DNA of 63,960 bases, filler included, from Octopus bimaculoides (taxonomy: Eukaryota): the NCBI RefSeq assembly GCF_001194135.2. It is 7 parts of 7 records of this genome, joined end to end, with 100 filler letters (N's around TTAATTAATTAA, not from the genome) between each part and the next. Parts side by side here need not be neighbours in the genome. Positions count along the whole stretch, not along the records: positions 1 to 22,124 come from NC_068987.1; 6 more parts are not named here. One strand, written 5' to 3'. Of the stretch, positions 1-11,964 are shown piece after piece (position 1 is the stretch's first letter; every line of letters starts with the position of its first letter). A program made the position numbers and the translations under genes. Below the pieces are notes generated by a model. It searched no databases. It was not told where the DNA came from and saw nothing but the letters and a program-made list of their open reading frames with translations.

Positions 1-253
1 CCAGGCTTCCCATCCCTACAGGAAGTGCAAAAAATCGTGCTAACTGGAACGACCCATGTACTGCGAAGAGCATTATCGTTGTGAAAACAACATCCATTCA
101 TGATTTTTTTTTTGTTTTTAATTTTTTAATCTTAAATACATGTTTTACCTGTGAATTTGCGTGTGTAAACTGGGAATGCATACAACGAGTTTCTCTGCCC
201 TAGGTGTACGGAAAACACTCGGCGAGAAATGGAAGAAAATTTGAAGAAAGAAG

Positions 254-283
<30 letters not shown>
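1..283 (+). mobile_element. 3' end of RLE-type (R4/Dong-like) non-LTR retrotransposon: C-terminus, 3' UTR and (TAA)n tail
   Basis: 1-84 reads PGFPSLQEVQKIVLTGTTHVLRRALSL*, matching the C-termini of the other RLE copies here; the 3' UTR resembles the reverse-strand copy at about 593-660; ends in (TAA)n at 268-283. Confidence 0.85.
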
Positions 284-284
<1 letters not shown>

Positions 285-299
285 GTTAATCCTTCTTTC

Positions 300-532
300 T
301 GTTATAGGCATAAGTCCTGGAATTTGGGGAAAGTGTCCAATTGTTTTCATTGAACCCAGTGTTTGACTGGTACTAAATTCATTGACTCCGAAAGGATGAA
401 AGGCAAAGTCAACCTCAGCCTTTCATCATTTTCAAGTCGATATATTAAGTACCAGACAAGCACTGAGGTCACTGAAATCAAGCGACTTCCTCCCACTCCA
501 AACTTAGGTTTTGTGCCTATAATAGAAAGGAT
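300..532. mobile_element. Two diverged 3' halves of SINE family A joined head-to-head (300-420 minus, about 417-532 plus)
   Basis: Both arms align to the SINE-A body (gcctttcatc...gtcgat...aagtaccag...gcactgggg...gcctataa..gaaaggat); the central GATGAAAGGC...GCCTTTCATC is inverted. Confidence 0.75.
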
Positions 533-533
533 A

Positions 534-554
534 ATCGTCGTCGTCGTCGTCGTT

Positions 555-593
<39 letters not shown>

Positions 594-1733
594 TTCCTTC
601 AATTCTGTTTCCACGTCTTACCGAGTGTCTTCTTGACATCAAGGGCAAAGAAACTCACTATATACATTGTTAGGCCATTAGAATAAACACACTGGATTGT
701 TCATTTACAAAGTTATGCCATTGAGAAGAGGAGGAGGAAGAAAGACAGAGAGAAAAAATTTAAAAAAGGAAAATTAAAAATAGACAAAAAAAAACAAAGG
801 GGAAAAAGAAAAGAAAATTCACAGCGACAATACTCTTCTCAGTGCGTGTGACGTACCAGTTAAGACAATCTTTTGCACTTCCTACATGGATGGTAAGCCA
901 GAGATCATTCTCAAATAATTTTCAGTTCCTTTTTTGATCATTCCAAGTCTCCCACAATTACTGGTATTGTAACTGTCTTGAGATGCCACATCTTTTCGAT
1001 TTCGATTAGCAAGTCTTTATATTTTCTGAGCTTATCAAATTCTTTTGCCGAGATATTATGGTCACAGGATATGCTTGTGTCAATCAAATAGCAGACTTTA
1101 TTATTTTTGTCTTTCACAACAATGTCTGGTTTATTACCTTTGATGCTCCGGTATGTACATAGTGGAAAGCGCCAAAGAATCGTTACATTTTCTCCCTCAG
1201 TTACAGCCTCGGAGTGGTGCTTGTACCATTTGTCAGCAGTTTTGATTTTATAATGCCGACACATTATCCAGTGCAGATATTGGTCAACACTGTCATGTCT
1301 TGATTTGTACTCTACAGGTGCTAAAACCTTACACCCAGAGATTAAGTGGTCCACTATTTCAAACCCAATGTTGCATTATCAGCACTTTGGGTCTACACCA
1401 TTTTTTATTACATTGGCTTGATAGTTCCGGGTCTGATAGCTCTCATCTTGAGCAGCGACAATAAAACCTTCGCTCTCTGCTTTTAGCCCTGAGCTCCGTA
1501 GCCACTGATGGGTGTACTTCTGGTCTACATTAGCTTGATTGTTACTGGGCATACATTCCTCACGAAGCGGTTTTTATTCCCAGCCAATTGTTCAAAGGCA
1601 TTTTGCCTTGCCATTAATATCACCTTCTTTGCAACTACATTTGCCGCACTTACATGCTGTTCAACCGGGGTATTATGGGTAAACTTAACTGAAAATTTTT
1701 TCCTCTTCTTCATAACAGAATGGAGCTTCATAC

Positions 1734-1735
<2 letters not shown>
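534..1735 (-). mobile_element. 5'-truncated RLE-type LINE (CCHC knuckle plus RLE domain, degenerate)
   Basis: ORF 938-1354 carries KPDIVVKDK...CYLIDTSI...KEFDKLRKYKDL (PD..D..K-type RLE); upstream QWLRSSGLKAESEGFIVAAQD and a degenerate C-x2-C...H-x4-C; stop at 819-821; (GAT/GAC)n tail 534-592; 5' junction on (ATT)n. Confidence 0.9.
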
Positions 1736-1781
<46 letters not shown>

Positions 1782-1789
<8 letters not shown>

Positions 1790-1985
1790 TCCACCTTAGC
1801 GAAGGCGGAGGTATTGTTTCCAGTTGTGTTTGTTTGTTTGTTTATCCGTGGATAAGATATCTCAAGAATCGCTGGATGGATTCGAATGAAACTTTCAGGA
1901 ATGTTTGGCCTTGTAATTGGTACGAATTGGTTCGATTTTGGGTTCGTACCGGACAAGGATTCTGGATTATTTTTTATTATTTTCT
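1782..1985 (+). mobile_element. Non-autonomous Helentron-associated (HINE/DINE-like) element
   Basis: Starts ATTACCTCCACCTTAGCGAAGGCGGAGGTATTGTTT (short internal inverted repeat), then (GTTT)n and GGATGGATTCGAATGAAACTTT, the usual layout of these elements (family recognised from memory). Confidence 0.55.
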
Positions 1986-2116
1986 TTACTTTACATGTAT
2001 ATGTAAAGTTTCACATAGTTCTCTTGTACACGCACACACATACACACATATGCTCACACATTTTCAGCGTTGAACATTACCATCCCATTTCCATTGTACA
2101 CACACACACACACACA

Positions 2117-2175
<59 letters not shown>

Positions 2176-2472
2176 ACACACACACATGCACGCAAGCATG
2201 CCTCTCTTTTACACACACATATACTCACACTTCAAACGCCATTTATCGGCTTTTTCACTTGTTATTCATCTTGTTATTCATGTATCACCCTCTTATTATT
2301 ATTATTATCTATCACCACTTGTTATTCATCTATCACTTTCTTATTCATACGACGCTCTCTTTGCCATTTACCTCTCACTCCGGCTCTATTTTATATACAA
2401 ATATATCTATATATATATGCATATATATACATACATATATGTACATACATATATATGTATATAGGTATGCGT

Positions 2473-2790
2473 ATATGGGTACAGGACATCACAAAACGTA
2501 AACAACATGAAATACGAAAATAAATTTCGGTACGCAAACAACGAGAGAAACAAATGGAAGCAAGACAAGTAACATAATGAACGACCCTTCATCAGTTGTC
2601 GGATGTCCTTCTACTCCTTCTACTCCTTATTTCGGGCATTGAACGACAATATAAGACTTTGAAGGCAGTTGCTCCCGCGAACCAAAATAAAATTTGGGAT
2701 TTGCGAAGGGTCAAAGCTGGTAACAAAAACAGGACAGTGGAGACATGCAAGGAACCGAACAAATATATAAAAAGACAACGCTCGCTATTA
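2473..2790. repeat. Interspersed repeat family E (second copy at about 44600-44900), possibly Penelope-UTR derived
   Basis: Shares TATGGGTACAGGACATCAC...TGAAATACGAAA...ACAAGTAACATAA...CCTTCATCAGTTGTCGG with the 44.6-44.9 kb copy. Confidence 0.75.
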
Positions 2791-3336
2791 CATTAGGAGA
2801 TTATACATACATTTTAACACTTTACAGTATACTTACATATATACGTAATTCTATACATCGATCTAATACAACAGAATTACTAAAGGAAGACAGGAATTTA
2901 AGACCACTATACAGTATGCATTTCATTACAATTATAATTTTTATGTTCCATTATGTTTCTCTACCAAAGTTCCTGTTGCATTTCAACCAGTGTTTCCAAA
3001 ACTTTTACGAAATGATTCCCAAGGACTTATCGATACGTGTACGCTCAATTCATGCAAATATTTTCATTACCCAGACGACACACATACAGCATTACAAACA
3101 TAGCCTGCACATCCACTTGCACATTCCATGACTCCCATTGGGATTGACAAGGTACCGAACAAGATATATGGATTATTTTTCCGTTTGAGAGCGATCGGGT
3201 TCATTTTTAGTATTCTCGTTTGTGAGAGCAGTCGATTTTATTTCAGACATTCTCATTTTAAAAATCATCTTCGTTTATTGTTGAGAAGACGTTGGTGTTG
3301 CTTTGGCGTAGGTTTGCGCTGAGTGCTCTTATCTTG

Positions 3337-3417
<81 letters not shown>

Positions 3418-4410
3418 TAGTTTTATTTTTATAACGTGCTTTCACTTTACTACCGAGTGCAGCTCTGTGTGCCTCGGGTATGTACTGTGGTTTGCTGTGA
3501 TGCTCTTATGGTTACTCTATTGAAAATGTTTTGCGTAGGATGTGTGCAGTGCCCAGTAGTGCAATTTTCTGTATGTTATATATATTTGTAGGTCCTGGTG
3601 TTTTTGTTATGTATTTGTCTGAATATTTTTTTATCATACCTAATGCGCCTACTATGATAGGAATTGTTCCTGTTTTTAGATTCCACATTCGAATTACCTC
3701 TATTTCCAGGTCTTTCTATTTTGAAAGTTTCTCCATTTCTTTTAGAGAAACATTGTCATCTGCTGGTATTGATACATCAATTAGAAAGCTATTTTTATTC
3801 ATGATCTCTGACAACTACATCTAGCCTATCGGTCTTAATTTCTCTATCTGTGTATATTGGCAAATCCCATAGTATGATTGCTTTCTTGTTTTCTGTGACC
3901 TTTTCTGGCGTGTGCTTATACCATACTGAGCAGCCAGAGATAATATGATTTATTGTTTCTTGTCCATCTCCACATATTCTGCAGTTATTTGTTATGTTTC
4001 TTTTCATTGTATGTTTTTGGTAATTTCTGGTGGGGAGGCTTTGGCGTTGTGCTGCAATTAAAAATCCTTCAGTCTCTACTTTAAGTCCTGAGCTTCTCAA
4101 CCATTGCTGGGATTTTTCTCTGTCTATTTCTTTTGCTTTTAGTTTAGCCCAGTATTTTCCATGAAGGGGCTTTTCGTGCCATCGTTTTATCATGGTCCGT
4201 TGCTGTTCTAGTTTTAGTTTGGATTTCATTTGTTTTATGGCTTTTGTTGTTTCTTCTTCTTCATATTTGTTAGGTAGTATGACTTCTTGTTTGTATTTGT
4301 CAGCTTCCTTAAAGACTGAGAACAGTTTCTTTTTGTTCGTGTTTTGTGGCTATTTGTATTAGTTTTCTTTGCTTCTGGAGTAGGTATTTTTCCTTGCTTC
4401 TAGAGTAAGT
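3337..4410 (-). mobile_element. RLE-type LINE fragment with long (ATT)n 3' tract
   Basis: ORF 3795-4229: WHEKPLHGKYW, QWLRSSGLKVETEGFLIAAQ, CRICGDGQETINHIISGC (CCHC); C-terminus ...IQKIALLGTAHILRKTFSIE* with stop at 3512-3514; (ATT)n 3337-3414. Confidence 0.9.
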
Positions 4411-6425
4411 ATTTTTGCGTCCTAGGGTGAGTGAAGCATAAGAGGTATGAAATATGATTGAAAGCTTGGGAGGGAAAATGGCAGGGGCAGTAGCGAATAT
4501 CTTCATGTAATACAACACAGTCATTTAAATTGATAGGGTTTTTTTTAAGGATGTGGGCAGTACTTGTCAGCACAATCTTTTGGATTTCTCTGAGACATGG
4601 TTCTCCTGGAAGCTTATCTAGATGTTTCTGACATCCCTTTCTTATCATACATAGGGCACCTACAATAACAGGAATAGTTCTCGCTTTAAGATGGCACATC
4701 TTTTGTATTTCAGTTTCAAGGTCCTTATATTTACTCAATTTGTCAAATTCCTTTACAGATATATTTTTATCAGCTGAAACACTTACAAGTATTAGTCTAC
4801 AATTATTTTCTTCTCTTCTTTAATGACTATGTCTGGTCGATTAACCTGGGTCGTTCTGTCGGTTCTGATTGGAAAATCTCAGAGGATAGCGACATTTTTA
4901 CCTTCAACGACTGGCTCAGAATGATGTTCATACCAGGAGTCCTGTTTACATATTTTCCAATCTAAATACTGTCCTACCCTATCGTGGCGATTTTTGTATT
5001 CGTTTGGTGTCAGCAAAGGACATCTCGAGACGAGACGGTCTATTGTTTTATCGAATTTATCGCAGAATATGCATTTAGGGTCAGAACCGTTTTGAAGCAC
5101 GTTAGCCTGGTAGTTTTTTGTAAGCAATTTTGATCTTGTGCCGCTAATATGAAACCTTCAGTCTCTGCTTTCAGTCCTGAGCTTCTCAGCCACTGATGGT
5201 TTGTTGCTTGGTCTACATCAGCATTTCAGCTTCGAAGTATATACTGTCCATGCAGAGGCTTCTGGCTCCATCGATCCTCAATTTGTTTCCACCGTTTTTG
5301 TTTGCAGTCTGTTTGATCCGTTTTGCTTGTTTTGTAGAAGTGCTTTCAGGTTCTTCATCTAATTCAGGGCCAATGCCGTGTTCCCTTGCGAATTTGCAAG
5401 CTTCCTTGACAATAGAATGTAATTTTTTGCTGCTTTCGTGCTTGCACACAAGCGGCAGCATCCAGTCCTCTGTACCAGATAAGTACTTGTTCATTGCTTT
5501 TGTGGAGGTCTTATAGCACAGTTCTACCTGCATCATTCCTCCTCCCCCATTAATTCTAGGTAGGTACAAATCATCAACGTCTGCTTTGGGGTGATGCATG
5601 TTCTTAGATGTCAGTAGTTTTCTTGTCTTCCTGTCCAAGCGTTGGAGCTCTGTATGATTCCAGTTAATGATGTTAAAACTGTATTGAACTATTGGAAGTG
5701 CCAGGGTGTTAATGGCTTCGATGCGATTTTTTGAGTCGAGTTCAGTTTTTAGTATGAGTCGTATTCTTCTGTAATACTCCTTTCGTAGTAGCATGTTGTT
5801 GCATACCATCTTTTTCGTTTATCCCCAGGTATTTATAGCTTTCTTGTAGATCAAGATCCTTGATGGTAGTGTCGGTGTCTAATTTAATGTAAGTTGTTTG
5901 TTTGAGCCTGCCCCTTACAAAAGTTACTTTAGCACACTTATCAAGGCCAAAATCCATTTCGATGTCATTACTGAACTCTTTTACTGTTGTTAACTGCCCT
6001 ACTAGCTCTTCGTCGTTTCTAGCAAACAGTTTCAGATCGTCCATATAAAACTGATGGTTTATAATGTTATACACTTTGAATGCATACCTGGTGTTACTCA
6101 GTTCGTTTGAGAGTGGGATCAGTGTCATGCAATGCAAAAGAGTAATGGAGAGAGGGAGTCACCTCGGAGGAAGACTCGTTTTGATGTTGATGTTGTTAGA
6201 TTGGCTCATTCCATTACTACGGTGTAGAACGAGACGTGTATTCCACTTGGCCCTCCTACCGTGTAAGAATTTGGAGACGACAGGAGAGGTCTTATATATC
6301 TCAAGGGTCTTGAGTAGCCAATTATGTGGGACACAATCAAATGCTTTCCTGTAGTCTATCCATGCCATACTCAGGTTCTTTTTGCTCTGGAAATTCTCTA
6401 CAATCATTTTATCTAAGTAATACTG
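4410..6425 (-). mobile_element. RLE-type LINE fragment covering RT, CCHC and RLE (frameshifted pseudogene)
   Basis: ORF pieces: LSMAWIDYRKAFDCVPHNWL (6159-6497), FYMDDLKLF and FGLDKCA (5742-6137), thumb region (5213-5809), DPKCIFC (4879-5127), RLE C-terminus (4400-4738); no APE domain seen. Confidence 0.92.
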
Positions 6426-6795
6426 GACAACTGGTACCGTCTTGAGGTTTAGAGCTGCAATTTTATTCTGGGAGTTCAGCTCGGTATTCAGGACCATTCT
6501 GACACGTCTATAATATTATTTCCTGATTTTCTCTTTCGCTGATCCGTGTTGAGTCCTTTTCCGTTCGTGTACACCAAGATACCTATAAAAGCCTTCTTGA
6601 TTCAGGTTCTTGATTGATATCATGACCAAATTGGGTCGCGGTATTTGCTATCAATTTACCACGTTTGAACGGAGCTTTTGTACACTTGTCAAGGCCAAAT
6701 TCTACATTGATGTCATCACTGAATCTTTTCAGTTACTAGTAGCCTTTTCAGATCTCGTCATCGTTTGCATATAATTTCTGATTACCTATGTAGAG
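6425..6795 (-). mobile_element. Second degenerate copy of the RT YxDD-to-thumb region of an RLE LINE
   Basis: Minus strand reads roughly LY(I/M)..KLYANDD...RFSDDINVEFGLDKCTK...YLG...MVLNTELNSQNKIAALN, repeating the segment at 5.7-6.1 kb. Confidence 0.8.
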
Positions 6796-6827
6796 CATAG
6801 TAAAGAAATAACACATACATGTATGTG

Positions 6828-7059
6828 TTATTTCTTTACTACCCACAAGGGGCTACACACAGAGGGGACAAACAAGGACAGACAAACGGATTAAGTCGAT
6901 TATATCGACCCCGGTGCGTAACTGATACTTATTTAATCGACCCCGAAAGGATGAAAGGCAAAGTGAACCTCGGCGGAATTTGAACTCAGAACGTAGCGGC
7001 AGACGAAATACCGCTAAGCATTTCGCCCGGCGTGCTAACGTTTCTGCCAGCTCGCCGCC
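6828..7059 (-). mobile_element. SINE family A, near full-length
   Basis: GGCGGCGAGCTGGCAGAAACGTTAGCACGCCGGGCGAAATGCTTAGCGG...GAGTTCAAATTCCGCCGAGG (box A/B-like)...GTAAAGAAATAA; very similar to the 28037-28257 copy. Confidence 0.9.
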
Positions 7060-7139
7060 TTATATGTGTATCTATGTATGTTTGTATGCATGTATGTATG
7101 CATGCATGTATGTATATGGGGTATATATATATATATATA

Positions 7140-7199
<60 letters not shown>

Positions 7200-8007
7200 A
7201 GGGGCATATATTCCGGGTGTGCTACGTGAGTTTGCCACCGAGAATGGCAAATTCATTATAGATATTAATCTTATTCATTAATATAATCACAAATCTTAAT
7301 GGAAAACTTTTGTCATACCCTTGCTTGAAATTTGGTGGCATTGCGTGTAGCAGCATACCCAATACAACAACCACTATACGCCACTGGTACTTATGGATGC
7401 AGGCGTGCGTATATGTATACTATTTGGACATAAGATTTTTTGAACACAACACATTCTCGTTGGAATTATATCTCACGAGTTGTTCAATAAATAGCTAACA
7501 ATCTCTGAGTATATTTAGTGCTGCGATATTTGTCAACACGTACATGAAACGGACAAATTGCTGAGAAATATAATACCACATCAAACATATGTGAAAATAT
7601 TTATTTAGCGATAGAGTTGAGTCCTGTTTTTGTAAACCGGTCAATACTGGGTCCGTCAAGCAGCTTCAACAATAGATGCAGTGGTCATCATTATCATGCA
7701 TGTATAACGCAGCCTTAGTTCCCCCCCCACACACACACACAGATATATGTCATTGCCCAGCTTTCAGTTGAAGCAAATTTCGAAGAGATTGAACTACCGA
7801 AATAACAACCGCGTTATTGCGAAGCCGGAGATCCTGTTCTTGCCTGTTTCTGGACAACTTGGCTTTGTAAGTGAGAGATTTAATAGTACTGTGCAAGCTG
7901 TCACTGACTTTGGGTTTTAGCACGGCCATTGCTGAAAGCCATTTGCCAACCACCATATCCGTGAGTGAGCGAGTGTGTATACATATACATATATATTTTT
8001 TCATATA

Positions 8008-8395
8008 TTCTTTTACTTGTTTCAGTCATTTGACTGCAGCTATGATGGAGAACCGCCTTAAAAGGTTTTTTGGTCGAAGAAATCGACCCCGGTACTTATT
8101 CTTTGTAAGCCTAGTACTTATTCTATCGATGTCTTTTGCTGAACCGCTAACTTGCAGCGACGTAAACACACCAATATTGGTTGTCAAGGGATGGTGGTGG
8201 GACAAACACAAAGACATGAATATAGGCATATACACATGTGTGAGCTTATTCCAGTTTCTGTCTACTAAATCCACTCACAAGGTTTTGGTCAACCTGAGGC
8301 TAGAAAAAACATGCCCAAGATGCCACGCAGTGGGGTACTGAACCCGGAACCATATGGTTGAGAATCAAGCTTCTTACCACACAGCCACGCCTGCG

Positions 8396-8397
<2 letters not shown>
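8008..8397 (-). mobile_element. tRNA-derived SINE family B
   Basis: Head GGCGCAGGCGTGGCTGTGTGGTAAG...GGTTCCGGGTTCAGTACCCC; aligns with the copies at 15332-15745 and 37835-38267. Confidence 0.9.
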
Positions 8398-8430
<33 letters not shown>

Positions 8431-8559
8431 NNNNNNNNNNNNNNNNNNNNNNNNNNNNNNNNNNNNNNNNNNNNNNNNNNNNNNNNNNNNNNNNNNNNNN
8501 NNNNNNNNNNNNNNNNNNNNNNNNNNNNNNNNNNNNNNNNNNNNNNNNGAGAGAGAGAC

Positions 8560-8608
<49 letters not shown>

Positions 8609-11129
8609 GATAGAGAGAATGAGTGAGTGAGTGAGTGAGTGAGTGGGTGAGATAGTGGTAGTTAGGTAGATACACATTGGCCTGAGATATATGGAGCGTA
8701 AAACACATATTACAGAATAAAGCAAAAAGAGAACAAAAAACAGAATTATGTAAAGTCATACCTCGATAGCTGTTTCAAGATGGTGATAACATACGTTATA
8801 ACTATATTCATGTTATACGTGCATGATGCCATAGGTGTGTGTCTCATAACAAGTACTGATGAGGTGCCCCTTCTCAAGAACAAGTTGGTATCTGCGAGTC
8901 CAAGATGGCAAGTACGTGCTAAGGATTAGCGGGATTGTTAAGGCACTGGACCGGGTTCTTTAAGGTATTTCTTACGGTTCTTTGCATTCTGAGTTCAAAT
9001 CCCATTACGCTCTACGTGGGTAGGCTTATTCCTCCTCGCTGGTACCATGGTTGCCATTTGTCCAATATGTTGCAAGCGTTCGCAAGCGTTCGCATCAAAT
9101 TTTCATTTTGGGCATTCCATCCTCATGCCCTCCCACCTTTCAGATGCTCTATAAAGGGTCATTAGTACTGCCTGCCCCCCCCCCCCAGTCATCAAATATT
9201 AACAATTTACACACTTCTGTACGTTTTTGTTTACATTTGACTGTAGTCTGTAAATGACTATACTATCTGTTTTTAATTATATGTATTCTGTATAGCTGTA
9301 TGTTTGGCATACAAAGCTGATGCGAAGCTATTTAATAGCTACGAAGTGAAAATACAGACACTTCTTCCAAGCAACGGTTCGTATAAACGACAATTATAAG
9401 CATCGAGCTTCAAGGGAATATATAACTGGCAGTTTGGGAGATAATAAAAACCATAATCAAATTGCATGACATTTTTAATTCGGTAAGCAACAATAGAACC
9501 CCTATCGCATGGTCTTATTCTTCAAATTAACCTAGTTTTATCACACACATACGAATATCTGGTGTTTTTAAATACGTTCATTCTACAAATAAACATCAGC
9601 TTTAACACCTCACATAAAACATTTAATCACACGTTGCTGAATGTTACGCAGTTTCCCATTACCAATAATTTTCCTTTATACAATCATTTATGCTACTGTG
9701 TCTAATTTTTGTTATCTCATACAAGTGTGACAAATAATGTTAAATAATGTCATAGATACGTATCAATATGCTTATAATTCCTATGCCTCCGTATCCATCG
9801 GAAAAGCAAGATAATCGGCATATCTTTCTATTGTCATGTTCAGTCTCTTGAGAGAATATAGAACCAGCACTACAGACTACTAGAACGCTACTCATCAAAA
9901 TATGGAGTTCTTTTATGCTTATTGAACGAGGTTTTGAATCTATAGTATATTCGTTATGGTTATTCTGTGCAGTGGTGATATATAGCACCCTTGTCGAGAA
10001 TAAGCTGCCAATTTCCATCATATCTTGATAGTAAAATATTACACTGTATTTGATCACAGTATAAGCTGCACTGCAATATATAATATAAAAATAACGTAAC
10101 ACATATGCAAAAATAAAATCAATTGTATATACGAAGTGATTTTTGCACTAATATGAAATAAATTTCGAGTTAAAACTTTTAATGAGAAGGTACTGCACTC
10201 CATCGTAGAGTCAATTTCTACGTATTTAGTTCTCGGTAGTTTAAAGGACTGCCGTCACGTTTTCTCCGTGAACCGTGAACGCAGTCCATAGGTGCTGTAT
10301 TTTTCATCTGCTGTATATCTTGACAAAATATGTATCAATTATTATGTGATATCTCCAGCAGCAGTTACTTTTTACGTAACTATATTTAGCTTTACAATTA
10401 AATAATCTCGAGTTTCAGTTCACTATCTCAGTAGCCCGTCTTACTCAATAAACATATAAAATTCCTCTACTAAAACTATTTACATTTCTCGTAGAACTTC
10501 CGGCAACAGATATCCTGTTTATGTCTCTGTAAATATATATTAAGCTAACCATCAAAAAATGTCTCCTGACCTAAATGACCATATTCGAAACTTTCATTCG
10601 TTCGCCGCAATCAGATATCTTATTTTAAGCCTTTCACTGGCAATTATCCGATTGCTTTCGTCGGATTTCCGGGTGGCACTTGATACCTTTCCAGCATTCA
10701 AAGTTGAATCTTAAGCTGTAGTTTGCCTGGTTTCCGCCTCATTACTTCCAACAAAGCCATAGCCGAATATTATATATTGTCTCGTCTATTTTTCGAAAAG
10801 CCTGTTTGTTCTTTGTTTGTTTTTGACGAAGATATTTTATTCCAGTGTATTTATGAAACAATTCTCTTAATTTCGCAAATGCTTCCTATGAATTATGTTT
10901 TCCTTAAGAAATACATTGTCACAGATTACGAATAGTCAATATCTTTTTCAATATTCAACCCAGAAGGCTAGATTTATTTCTGTTAGTTGTGATCAACGTA
11001 ACATCACCTTCATGAACTTTACTTGCACATTTGCATGTCAAAATTTAGGGGTACTTCCTTCCATACAAGCCATAAAAGTGAGCACTGCGTAATGTCTTGA
11101 CTTGTGTGTGTGCATGCGTGCGTGCGTGC

Positions 11130-11165
<36 letters not shown>

Positions 11166-11779
11166 ATGATGTATGTATATGTATATGCTTGAACATTTTT
11201 GATTCTATGAATGTAATCTATTAATCTCACAATATCACGTGTATTAATAACAGGTGGACAATTAAAAACTCATACATCAGCAGAGAAATCAATCTACATG
11301 TGAATAGACGTATAAAAACATAACCAGAAATCGGAATATAAATTTTGAACCTGAAGCTGCAGGTGTACATATGAGGCACAAAGAATACGTACCTCAGTTT
11401 GGCGTTGAGTCAGTAACTAAGATGATGCGTCAGATATTCGCATGTAGCAGGATAGTGCTGTGATAAGCATCATTCTAATGCAAGCGTCAAACCGCTACCA
11501 GGATCTTTCTCAGATCTGATGTTACGTGTATATACGTTGAAAATGGGTCGGATGTGTTGAATTGTAACAAGGGAGCATTGAAATGTTAGTAAAAGAGAAG
11601 TGGAGAAATAATTAAGAAGAATTTTGGGAAGCACTGCTCTAGTCTAAAAGAACTAGTTTCTACTACTTAAAGAGCAATTATTATGTCAATATTCGAAACA
11701 TGTTTGTATGTGTACATGTATACATGTACTTATTTAATTATGTTTATGAATAAATGTCAGCACATATTCTAATATACGC

Positions 11780-11821
<42 letters not shown>

Positions 11822-11876
11822 CTACATAACATGTTGTTGACGATTTCTTTTCCTTCTTTGGACTTTTACCTTTCCT

Positions 11877-11910
11877 CTTTCCGGCGAATGGTTATGCGCG
11901 AAACATCAAA
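11877..11910 (+). ncRNA. Highly degenerate minimal hammerhead-ribozyme relic
   Basis: TTT-CCGGCGA-A-TGGTTATGCGC-GAAA-CATC-AAA, colinear with the intact motif at 22341-22374 but with core and stem II mutations. Confidence 0.35.
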
Positions 11911-11964
11911 CTGTATGTATGCATGTATGTATGTATGTATGTATGTATGTATGTATGTATGTAT

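Noticed and set aside
1886-2501. His/Thr-rich ORFs (HTHTHT) suggesting metal-binding proteins
   Set aside because: Translation of (CA)n and (TA)n repeats
8865-8890. CTGATGAG hammerhead core
   Set aside because: No downstream stem II or GAAA
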